A DNA stretch of 64,000 bases from IMG/VR virus record IMGVR_UViG_3300025466_000001; one strand, written 5' to 3'. Under the pieces are notes generated by a model. That model was not told the DNA's origin. It worked only from the letters and a program-made list of their open reading frames with translations, and did no database searches. Position 1 is the first letter of the stretch. Every line of letters starts with the position of its first letter. Shown here in pieces: positions 56,422 through 64,000 of the stretch. This DNA comes from an uncultured virus (IMG/VR IMGVR_UViG_3300025466_000001). Lineage: Duplodnaviria; Heunggongvirae; Uroviricota; Caudoviricetes. The position numbers and the translations under genes are program-made.

Positions 56422-56500
56422 AACTGGGTGATTACCTGTACCGGACTGCCCCAGCAGACGATGCAACGATTGGTATGGGTGAACTTTTGCATAGGACAAT
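56422..56500 (+). ncRNA. Structured 5' leader RNA (pseudoknotted)
   Basis: Promoter TTGCAC-16-TAAACT; three crossing helices with G-U pairs. Confidence 0.5.
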
Positions 56501-56505
56501 TTATT

Positions 56506-57210
56506 ATGGCACGCTCCACCTTTGAAGGCCCGATTCTATCTGGCAATAACCGTTTTGGCCCACTACGTAACGTAGGCTACGCTCGTCTCTCACAGAACGC
56601 TATCGTCGACTATTCCGTAGCTACAGGCAATGGTACTCAGTACTACCCCGGTGCAGCGCAGCAATTCGTTAACGGCAACATCCTTTCTGCTGATGCTAAC
56701 GTAAACGCCCCTGTTTATAGCCCTTCAGCTACTACTTTCCCTCCTGTTTTGGCTTCTATTCCAGCTGATACAGCTACTGCTATTTATCGTGGCGCAGTAT
56801 TTTATCTGCCAACTGGCGCACAAATTGAGTCTATTATTGTTGATTATTTGACAGCAATCACTGTAGCTAACAGCACTTTAAGCGCAGTTAACATCTACAT
56901 TTCTAACGGTTTTGTTACTTCTGCCCCAACATATGCTACTGTAGCTTTGGGTACTACTACTGTCGGTACAGCTGGTCGTCAAACAACAACTTACACAGCC
57001 GCTAACTTGTCTAACATGGCTGCAACTACAGCAGACATCACCCAAGCACAACAGCCTGCAACTCTTTCACAAGTTGTTGCTACATTGGCTATTGTTGGTA
57101 CAGGCCTTGGCGCTTTGACTGCTGGTAAGTTCAACATTGACATCAACTACGTACAGCCTGATGGTACATTGGGTACTGCAACTGTATATCCATACGGCAA
57201 CGCTGACTAA
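56506..57210 (+). CDS. Virion structural protein (start MARSTFEGP)
   Basis: AGGA RBS; beta-rich; followed by terminator. Confidence 0.7.
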   Translation: MARSTFEGPILSGNNRFGPLRNVGYARLSQNAIVDYSVATGNGTQYYPGAAQQFVNGNILSADANVNAPVYSPSATTFPPVLASIPADTATAIYRGAVFYLPTGAQIESIIVDYLTAITVANSTLSAVNIYISNGFVTSAPTYATVALGTTTVGTAGRQTTTYTAANLSNMAATTADITQAQQPATLSQVVATLAIVGTGLGALTAGKFNIDINYVQPDGTLGTATVYPYGNAD

Positions 57211-57219
57211 TTAATCCCG

Positions 57220-57240
57220 GGGGTCTTCGGACCCCTTTTT
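57220..57240 (+). terminator. Intrinsic terminator
   Basis: GGGGTC-TTCG-GACCCC-T5. Confidence 0.85.
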
Positions 57241-57259
57241 AAAATTTAGGAGATTAGTT

Positions 57260-57769
57260 ATGACAATGCAATATGACGTCAAGTCGTCCCATAGTAGTGG
57301 GTCTGGTTACTTAGTAAAAGGCCGCACGCGCCTTAAAAACCTAGTGTATCTTGGTACAGGTACAGCTGGTGGTATTGATATTTTTGATGCCCCTTCTGCC
57401 CCTGTTTCAGCTACGTATGGTCGTTCTGGTACAACTGTTACTGTTACATTGACTGGACACGGTTTAAGCACAGGAAACTATGTAGGTATTTCTTATTCAG
57501 CTGTAGGCGGCGTTTCCCCTGTTGCTGGTAACTATCCAGTTACTGTTGTTGATGCAAACACATTTACTATTACTGACTTAAACTCTGGAACTATTGCTAC
57601 TAGTACTGCTTGTATAGTTGCAATTACAGGCCGTTGGATGTGTGGGTACAACACAGGTACAGCGGTTCAACCATTCCAAGTTTTGTATGCTGGTGAAGGT
57701 ATTTTGGCGTTAAATGGTATTTACGCTGCAGTTACTAATATTAGCTTTCAAACAATTTTGTATGGCTAA
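57260..57769 (+). CDS. Virion protein with inserted small beta-barrel
   Basis: AGGAG RBS; TVTVTLTGHGLSTG insertion. Confidence 0.65.
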   Translation: MTMQYDVKSSHSSGSGYLVKGRTRLKNLVYLGTGTAGGIDIFDAPSAPVSATYGRSGTTVTVTLTGHGLSTGNYVGISYSAVGGVSPVAGNYPVTVVDANTFTITDLNSGTIATSTACIVAITGRWMCGYNTGTAVQPFQVLYAGEGILALNGIYAAVTNISFQTILYG

Positions 57770-58028
57770 GAAAAAAGGCCCTTCTCTAGCTGTCGGTAGA
57801 GGTGAGAAGCTTCCGGTTTCTCAAGGGGCCGGTCTTACTGCAAAAGGCAGAGCTAAATATAATAAGGCTACTGGGTCTAATTTAAAAGCCCCACAACCTG
57901 AAGGTGGTCCTCGCAAAAAGTCATTCTGCGCAAGAATGTCTGGTATGCCGGGTCCGATGAAAGATGAAAAAGGCAGACCTACGCGTAAGGCAGCTAGTTT
58001 AAAACGTTGGAATTGTGGCTCAAAATGA
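57762..58028 (+). CDS. Small basic phage protein
   Basis: GLTAKGR...RKKSFCARM...SLKRWNC. Confidence 0.7.
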   Translation: MAKKKGPSLAVGRGEKLPVSQGAGLTAKGRAKYNKATGSNLKAPQPEGGPRKKSFCARMSGMPGPMKDEKGRPTRKAASLKRWNCGSK

Positions 58029-58273
58029 CAAACATGAACCCAATCGAAACAGCTAGAGAATTGGCTACCCACGCTAACGACATTGAACACTTGCAGGCTG
58101 ATATGGACAAACTCGTTAAAGACATGGAAGAAGTTAAAAAGTCCTTGGCTGATATTCAACGTTTACTGTCAGAAGATGCTGCTAGTAAGAAAACAATGCA
58201 CACTGTAGTTAATGTAGTAGCTGTTTTATTTGGTGGATTAATTGTCGCTCTTTTTGAGAAGTTTGTTAAATAA
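58025..58273 (+). CDS. Coiled-coil protein with C-terminal TM
   Basis: ARELATHANDIEHLQ; hydrophobic C-terminus. Confidence 0.6.
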   Translation: MTNMNPIETARELATHANDIEHLQADMDKLVKDMEEVKKSLADIQRLLSEDAASKKTMHTVVNVVAVLFGGLIVALFEKFVK

Positions 58274-58758
58274 TGCCAAGCACATCTAAAAAACAGCACA
58301 ACTTAATGATGGCTGTAGCGCACTCTCCTGCGTTTGCTAAAAAAGTTGGTATTAAGCAATCAGTTGGGCAAGATTTTGCTGCTGCTGACAAAGGTAAAAA
58401 GTTTGGTACAGGTGGAGATGTTAAATACACTCAAGGTGGTAACAAACAAGTAAACAAACAGCAGACTCGAGAAGGGTCTGTTTTTGGATACAAAAAAGAA
58501 GTACCAAATGTTAATATTAATAAATACGCAGGATTAAAGGGAGGCGGTATGGTTGAAAAAGAATCCAAAGCCGAAGAACGTAAAGAGATGTCTGAAGATA
58601 AAAAGCAAGACGTAGCTTTAATTAAAAAGGCTTTTAAGCAGCACGACAAGCAAGAGCATAAAGGCAGCAAAGGCACTACGCTCAAGCTTAAAAAAGGTGG
58701 CTCTGTAAAGGGCTGTGGTATTGCATCTAAAGGTTTAACAAAAGGAAAAATGGTATGA
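58273..58758 (+). CDS. Basic virion-associated protein
   Basis: MPSTSKKQHNLM; repeated hydrophobic-x-x-GG motifs. Confidence 0.7.
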   Translation: MPSTSKKQHNLMMAVAHSPAFAKKVGIKQSVGQDFAAADKGKKFGTGGDVKYTQGGNKQVNKQQTREGSVFGYKKEVPNVNINKYAGLKGGGMVEKESKAEERKEMSEDKKQDVALIKKAFKQHDKQEHKGSKGTTLKLKKGGSVKGCGIASKGLTKGKMV

Positions 58759-58952
58759 AAATGGATCACGCACCCCTCGAAGCTGGCGTAGAAAAAATTA
58801 AACACGAGACTTTAGCTAAGTCATTAAAAATGCACGCATCTGGTCACAAGCCACATGCAGAAGTTTTTGGTGAGCACGCTGCAGGTCATATGATTCACGA
58901 CGACCACGTAGAAAAAATGTGTGGCGGCGGCATGGCTAAGGCTAAGAAGTAA
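58755..58952 (+). CDS. His-rich small protein
   Basis: Many His; ends MCGGGMAKAKK. Confidence 0.6.
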   Translation: MKMDHAPLEAGVEKIKHETLAKSLKMHASGHKPHAEVFGEHAAGHMIHDDHVEKMCGGGMAKAKK

Positions 58953-59182
58953 TGAAAGCTTCCCGTGGAATGGGCGCAACTAACCCTGCAAAAATTCCTA
59001 AGAATGCAGGCTCTGCTGTCCTATTAAAAAAGGGTGGCAAAGTTGGGCTGTATGCAAACATTCACGCGAAGCAAGAACGTATTAAAGCTGGCTCTGGTGA
59101 AAAGATGCGTCCTGTTGTAGCTAAGGGCGCGCCTACTAAAGAGGCTTTTATTAAATCAGCTAAAACTGCAAAGAAGAAATAA
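58952..59182 (+). CDS. Small basic protein
   Basis: GLYANIHAKQERIKAGSGEKMR. Confidence 0.7.
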   Translation: MKASRGMGATNPAKIPKNAGSAVLLKKGGKVGLYANIHAKQERIKAGSGEKMRPVVAKGAPTKEAFIKSAKTAKKK

Positions 59183-59361
59183 TGGCTACTAAGAACTGGA
59201 TTCAAAAAGCAATTAAGAAACCCGGCGCATTAAAGGCTGAATTAGGCGTTGCTAAAGACAAAAAGATTCCGTCAAGCAAACTAGCCGCAGCTGCAAAGAA
59301 ACCGGGCAAGATCGGTAAGCGGGCTAGGCTTGCGGAAACCTTAAAGGGCTTGAAGAAATGA
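59182..59361 (+). CDS. Small basic protein (59 aa; not in the ORF track)
   Basis: MATKNWIQKAIKKPGAL...RARLAETLK; coupled on both sides. Confidence 0.75.
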   Translation: MATKNWIQKAIKKPGALKAELGVAKDKKIPSSKLAAAAKKPGKIGKRARLAETLKGLKK

Positions 59362-59579
59362 GATTAATCGACTGGATTCTAGGTTTGTTTGGTAAGAAGG
59401 AAGAAGAAGTTACTTTCGAAAAAGTTGAACTAGCTGTTGAGGCTTGGCCTTTCCCTGTACCGGCAAAAAAGAAACGCCCACAGGTAAAGAAAGCCACTAC
59501 CCGTAAGGTTAAACCAGCGGCAAAAAAACCGGCAGCTAAAAAACCTGCTGTTAAGAAAACAACTAAAAAGGCGAAGTAA
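59358..59579 (+). CDS. Histone H1-like KPAAK-repeat protein
   Basis: KPAAKKPAAKKPAVKK. Confidence 0.65.
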   Translation: MRLIDWILGLFGKKEEEVTFEKVELAVEAWPFPVPAKKKRPQVKKATTRKVKPAAKKPAAKKPAVKKTTKKAK

Positions 59580-60334
59580 TGACTACTGCCGGCGCATCAG
59601 CGTTTAATTTAGATTTATCAGACATTGTCGAAGAAGCGTTTGAGCGCTGCGGCAAAGAGCTGAGGTCTGGTTACGACTTGCGTACGGCGCGTCGTTCTTT
59701 AAATCTGTTGACTATTGAGTGGGCTAATCGTGGCATTAATATGTGGACGATTGAGCAGGGACAGATTACTTTGACCCAAGGCGTTAATACATACGACCTA
59801 CCAATCGACACTATCGACCTTTTAGAACACCAGATTCGTACCAACGCTGGCAATCAAGCAACACAGACTGACATAACAATTAGCCGCATCAGCGTTTCAA
59901 CATACGCCACAATCCCAAATAAACTGAGTCAGGGTCGTCCTATTCAAGTTTGGATTCAACGCATGTCTGGAGCAAAATACCCACCTCCCGGACCTAACGG
60001 TACCGACCCGGTTACAGGCATTGATGCGCCTAAGATTACAGTTTGGCCTACACCAGATGGTTCACAACAATATACGTTTGTTTACTGGCGTTTACGCCGC
60101 ATCCAAGATGCTGGCAATGGCGTTAATACACAAGATATTCCGTTCCGATTCTTAAATGCTATGGTCGCCGGTTTGGCTTACTACCTGTCTATTAAGTTAG
60201 ATGGCGTAGACCCAAATCGTAGTGTGATGCTTAAGGCGGATTACGAACAGCAGTTCCAGCTTGCTGCTGATGAAGATAGAGAAAAAGCCCCGGTTAGATT
60301 TGTTCCTCGCAGGATGTTCCTTGGAGGTGGCTGA
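59579..60334 (+). CDS. Putative head-tail adaptor / tail tubular protein
   Basis: EEAFERCG, ARRSLN..EWANRG, VWPTPD motifs. Confidence 0.65.
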   Translation: MTTAGASAFNLDLSDIVEEAFERCGKELRSGYDLRTARRSLNLLTIEWANRGINMWTIEQGQITLTQGVNTYDLPIDTIDLLEHQIRTNAGNQATQTDITISRISVSTYATIPNKLSQGRPIQVWIQRMSGAKYPPPGPNGTDPVTGIDAPKITVWPTPDGSQQYTFVYWRLRRIQDAGNGVNTQDIPFRFLNAMVAGLAYYLSIKLDGVDPNRSVMLKADYEQQFQLAADEDREKAPVRFVPRRMFLGGG

Positions 60335-60711
60335 TGCCTAATAAATTTGCCTCTGGTAAGTATGCGATTGCCCAGTGCGACCGCTGTGATTTTAGATATA
60401 AGTTAACTGAGTTGCGCACGGAGATTATTAAAACCAAGCCATATCAGTTAAAAGTTTGTAATACCTGTTGGGACCCAGACCAGCCTCAGTTACAATTAGG
60501 CATGTACCCAATTAACGACCCACAGGCCGTTAGGGAACCTAGAAGGGACAACAGTTATGTTGCATCAGGTTTAGACGCTAATGGGTATCCTAGTGGTGGT
60601 AGCCGTGATATTCAGTGGGGTTGGGCTCCTGTAGGAATGAAGTATGATTTTGGGGAGACGCCAAACTATTTGGTGGCTAATGGGCAAGTAGGAACAGTAA
60701 CAATTAATTAG
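60334..60711 (+). CDS. CxxC-containing morphogenesis protein
   Basis: CDRC...CNTCWDPDQPQL. Confidence 0.65.
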   Translation: MPNKFASGKYAIAQCDRCDFRYKLTELRTEIIKTKPYQLKVCNTCWDPDQPQLQLGMYPINDPQAVREPRRDNSYVASGLDANGYPSGGSRDIQWGWAPVGMKYDFGETPNYLVANGQVGTVTIN

Positions 60712-60720
60712 GAGTAGGAT

Positions 60721-60915
60721 ATGACATTCAAAAGCGCAGCCGATGGAATTACAAGCAAAGGCAAAACAAAAGGCAAGAATCTGGGTGACTCAGGTTCTAA
60801 CGTAGGTATTGAAGTAGGTAAAAAAGCTAGCAAAGGCACAGCAGGCGGTATTGACCAGAATAAAATGGAAGCCGTTGGACGTGGTTTAGCTAAAGTTTCA
60901 GCGAACGGAAAATAA
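60721..60915 (+). CDS. Small basic protein
   Basis: AGGA RBS; ADGITSKGKTKGK. Confidence 0.6.
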   Translation: MTFKSAADGITSKGKTKGKNLGDSGSNVGIEVGKKASKGTAGGIDQNKMEAVGRGLAKVSANGK

Positions 60916-60917
60916 TC

Positions 60918-61214
60918 ATGGTTGCTCAAGTTAAACCCACAAGCAAAAATAGCCCAGCTATTAAAGTCGGAAATAACAAAAACATTCTGCCTGCTGAAAA
61001 GTACGCTACTCCACATGATATGAGCGGAAACCCAGTTAAGGGTGGTTTGCCTACTGTGTCTGATCAAGACGGTACAAGCTGGTCTAATGAAATGAAAATT
61101 TCTGTAGGCAACGTTACCAAAGGTCCAGACCCTAAGACTAAAACTACCGGTATTGAGACTCGCGGTAATGGCGCTGCTACTAAAGGTCGCACTGCACGTG
61201 GCCCAATGGCCTAA
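60918..61214 (+). CDS. Small basic protein
   Basis: C-terminal RGNGAATKG..ARGPMA. Confidence 0.65.
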   Translation: MVAQVKPTSKNSPAIKVGNNKNILPAEKYATPHDMSGNPVKGGLPTVSDQDGTSWSNEMKISVGNVTKGPDPKTKTTGIETRGNGAATKGRTARGPMA

Positions 61215-61228
61215 TAGGGAAAACCCTA

Positions 61229-62158
61229 ATGAATTACACCCAACTGTACCAAGCAATAATTGACTACAGCGAGAACAGTGAACCGCTGTTTATAAACAAT
61301 ATCCCACGCTTTGTAATGGAAGCAGAAGATAGGGTTTATAACAGCGTTCAAATTCCTTCGCTTCGTAAAAACGTAATTGGTACTTTAACGGGTAGTAATA
61401 AGTATTTATCTTGCCCTAATGACTATTTGTCGACTTACTCTTTGGCTGTAATTGGTGCTGATGGCACATATACATACCTTTTAAACAAAGATGTTAACTT
61501 CATCCGTGAAGCATACCCAGACCAAACAGCTACTGGCTTGCCAAGATACTATGCTTTATTTGGTTCGCAGTACACCAATCCTAATGAACTAACTTTCATT
61601 CTCGGACCAACACCTGATATTAACTATCAGGCGGAACTGCACTATTTCTACTACCCTGTATCCATTGTTCAGGGCGCTATTTCGACTTTTGGTGTTTCTT
61701 CAACCCAAGGATTTAACGGTGGATCACAGTACACTAACGGCGTTTATTCTAACGTACCTTTAACTGGCGGAAGCGGTTCTGGGGCAACAGCAACTATCGT
61801 TGTTGCAGGTGGTTCTGTAACATCAGTGACTTTAACTAACCCCGGTAATTTTTATGCGGTTGGAAACTTACTTAGCGCAAGCACTTCATATCTTGGGGGC
61901 GGTACGGGCTTTGTGGTTCCTGTTACAACCGTTAATAACCCAACTGGTACAAGCTGGCTTGGCGATAATTATGACCCAATCTTGTTTTATGGCGCTATGC
62001 GTGAAGCCATTCTGTTTATGAAGGGCGAGCAAGATATGGTAAATTACTACGAAAAAATGTACCAAGAAGCCGTTGCCCAACTCAATCGTCTTGGAACTGG
62101 TCTGGAACGTGGCGACGCGTACCGTGATGGGCAAGCTAAAATTAAGGTTAATCCATGA
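61229..62158 (+). CDS. Putative adaptor/tail protein with inserted beta-rich domain
   Basis: GLPRYYA, GPTPD, SWLGDN; Gly/Thr-rich insertion. Confidence 0.6.
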   Translation: MNYTQLYQAIIDYSENSEPLFINNIPRFVMEAEDRVYNSVQIPSLRKNVIGTLTGSNKYLSCPNDYLSTYSLAVIGADGTYTYLLNKDVNFIREAYPDQTATGLPRYYALFGSQYTNPNELTFILGPTPDINYQAELHYFYYPVSIVQGAISTFGVSSTQGFNGGSQYTNGVYSNVPLTGGSGSGATATIVVAGGSVTSVTLTNPGNFYAVGNLLSASTSYLGGGTGFVVPVTTVNNPTGTSWLGDNYDPILFYGAMREAILFMKGEQDMVNYYEKMYQEAVAQLNRLGTGLERGDAYRDGQAKIKVNP

Positions 62159-62592
62159 GTATTGTTCAAGGGCAGTGCACAGTCTTCAAAACCAACCTGC
62201 TAAGCGGGTTGGAGAATTTTGCTGTCGGTTCTACATACACATACAAAATCGCCCTTTATACCGGCAGCGCCAATTTAAACAATTCAACAACGGCATACAC
62301 AACTTCTAATGAGGTTATTGGGACTGGATATACCGCTGGAGGCAAAACCCTTACTGTAACTGTGTACCCAACAGGTGATACAAACTCTAATACGGCATAT
62401 ATCTCATTTGCCAACGTTGTTTGGAGCCCTGCTAGCTTTACGGCTAGGTGTGCATTAATCTATAATAGCACTACTGGTGCGGCTGTTTGCGTATTAGATT
62501 TCGGTTCAGATAAGACCAATACGCAAGCAGGAACATTTACAGTAACTTTCCCAACACCAACGGCGTCCAACGCCATTATTAGACTTAGCTAG
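62155..62592 (+). CDS. Tail protein
   Basis: KIALYT, GYTAGG, LDFGSDK. Confidence 0.65.
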   Translation: MSIVQGQCTVFKTNLLSGLENFAVGSTYTYKIALYTGSANLNNSTTAYTTSNEVIGTGYTAGGKTLTVTVYPTGDTNSNTAYISFANVVWSPASFTARCALIYNSTTGAAVCVLDFGSDKTNTQAGTFTVTFPTPTASNAIIRLS

Positions 62593-62600
62593 GAGCAATT

Positions 62601-63179
62601 ATGAGTGACGAAAAAATGGGCATGGGCGACTTCGTTGACGCAACAGTAACCCGCAATGCAGGTAGCGCAGAACAAGTTAACGTAGACGGCGTATATACAG
62701 CCGAATGCTACGACGCAGCTGGCAATTTAAAATGGTCAGATGTTATTGAGAACCTTACAACTAACGTAGGTCGCGCTTCATTGAACGATGCTTACTTAGG
62801 TAACACTGCGGCTGGTGCCGTTGTTATGGGTTTAAAAGGTACTGGTACTGCAGCTTACACAGACACACAAGCATCACATGCAGGTTGGTTGGAAGTTGGT
62901 GGTACTAATGCTCCAACATATTCTGGCACACGTAAGACTCCAGCTTTCTCATCTTCTACTTCAGCTAACCCAGCAGTTAAAACAACTTCTGCTGCTGTTG
63001 TGTTTACGATGACTGGTTCTGGTACTGTTGCTGGTGCATTTATTAACGTTGGCGGTTCAGCTACTATTGATAACACTACTGGTGTATTGTTCTCTGCAGG
63101 TGACTTTACTGCTGGTTCTAAGACTGTAACTTCTGGCGATACAATTAACGTTACATACACTCTAAGCGCTGCTGGCTAA
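62601..63179 (+). CDS. Tail protein
   Basis: AGGAG RBS; LFSAGDF..KTVTSGDTINVTY. Confidence 0.65.
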   Translation: MSDEKMGMGDFVDATVTRNAGSAEQVNVDGVYTAECYDAAGNLKWSDVIENLTTNVGRASLNDAYLGNTAAGAVVMGLKGTGTAAYTDTQASHAGWLEVGGTNAPTYSGTRKTPAFSSSTSANPAVKTTSAAVVFTMTGSGTVAGAFINVGGSATIDNTTGVLFSAGDFTAGSKTVTSGDTINVTYTLSAAG

Positions 63180-63226
63180 TAGTTGTTGTTTGTTGTACCC
63201 GTTAAAAATTAGATAGAGAGTTATAT

Positions 63227-64000
63227 ATGAGTTTAGTCCTACAGGATAGAGTAAGAGAAACCACAGCCGTAACGGGTACAGGTTCGGCTACGCTATTGGG
63301 CGCTGTTACTGGATACCAGCCGTTTTCAGTTGTTGGTAACACAAACATTTGCTACTACACTATTGCAGATCAATCTGGCCCAAACTGGGAAGTAGGTATT
63401 GGTACATACTCAACTACTGGTCCTACCCTTGCTCGTACAACTGTTTTAGCTTCTTCTAATTCTGGCGCATTAGTTAACTTTACTACTGGTACTAAAGATG
63501 TATTTTTAACTTACCCATCTGAAAAAGCTGTTTATTATGATGCAAACAATTATGTAGGTATTGGTACTGGCGCGCCAGTTGCCCCTCTTACTGTATATAA
63601 CGCAACATCTGCAATCTTATCTGTTGATGGTGATGCTGGCGCAAACATGAGGGTAACAAGATACGGGAATGACGCAAATAATTCATTTGTATCAATCAGA
63701 AAAGCAAGAGGAACATTTGCATCTCCTACTGCTGTTGCATCTGGAGATGTTCTTGGAACTTTACAATTTGTAGGATATGGCGGTACAAACTACAGAGGAT
63801 TGGCTTATGTTTCTTCTACCGTAGGTACTTATACTTCTGATACAGATATTTCTGCATTTCTTGCTTTTTCAACTACGCCAACTGGAACAACAACAGCTGT
63901 AGAGCGTATGCGTATTGATACAACTGGTTTTGTTGGAATTAATACAACAACACCATCTGACCAATTAACAATTCAATCGCCAACTACAGCAGTTAGACCA
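63227..64000 (+). CDS. Tail fibre protein, N-terminal part (3'-truncated)
   Basis: MSLVLQDRVRETT..WEVGIGTY anchor; ERMRID repeat; open to the window end. Confidence 0.8.
   Translation, partial: MSLVLQDRVRETTAVTGTGSATLLGAVTGYQPFSVVGNTNICYYTIADQSGPNWEVGIGTYSTTGPTLARTTVLASSNSGALVNFTTGTKDVFLTYPSEKAVYYDANNYVGIGTGAPVAPLTVYNATSAILSVDGDAGANMRVTRYGNDANNSFVSIRKARGTFASPTAVASGDVLGTLQFVGYGGTNYRGLAYVSSTVGTYTSDTDISAFLAFSTTPTGTTTAVERMRIDTTGFVGINTTTPSDQLTIQSPTTAVRP

Noticed and set aside
1..64000. Integrase/attP, tRNA genes, stop-codon recoding
   Set aside because: None recognised; genes are full length under the standard code

Overview
Nearly complete, circularly permuted genome (about 64 kb plus a missing piece) of a tailed dsDNA phage, probably podovirus-like. 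The window opens and closes inside the same tail-fibre gene. The + strand arm (47.1-64 kb, then 1-22.6 kb) encodes terminase, portal, GroES, scaffold, major capsid, small basic proteins, tail and fibres, a lysis cassette with embedded Rz1, internal/ejection proteins and a 2303-aa polyvalent protein. The - strand arm (46.1 to 22.6 kb) carries early genes (MoxR-like AAA, vWA-metallopeptidase) and replication genes (PolA, PD-(D/E)XK nuclease, SNF2 helicase, primase-helicase). A LexA-type box and a PhaR-type box suggest a betaproteobacterial host (inference). No integrase, tRNA, CRISPR array or reverse transcriptase was seen. The most unusual signals are: (1) an ~85-nt antisense sRNA whose loop is complementary to the ribosome-binding sites of several of the phage's own early/middle genes; (2) an early-arm protein carrying a copy of a major-capsid helix; (3) a non-coding array of paired, unrelated operator-like palindromes ending in a PhaR-type promoter and a phasin-like mini-gene; (4) a restriction-site-free zone strict enough to remove Pro-Gly from all early proteins. 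All calls were made by eye, without database searches.
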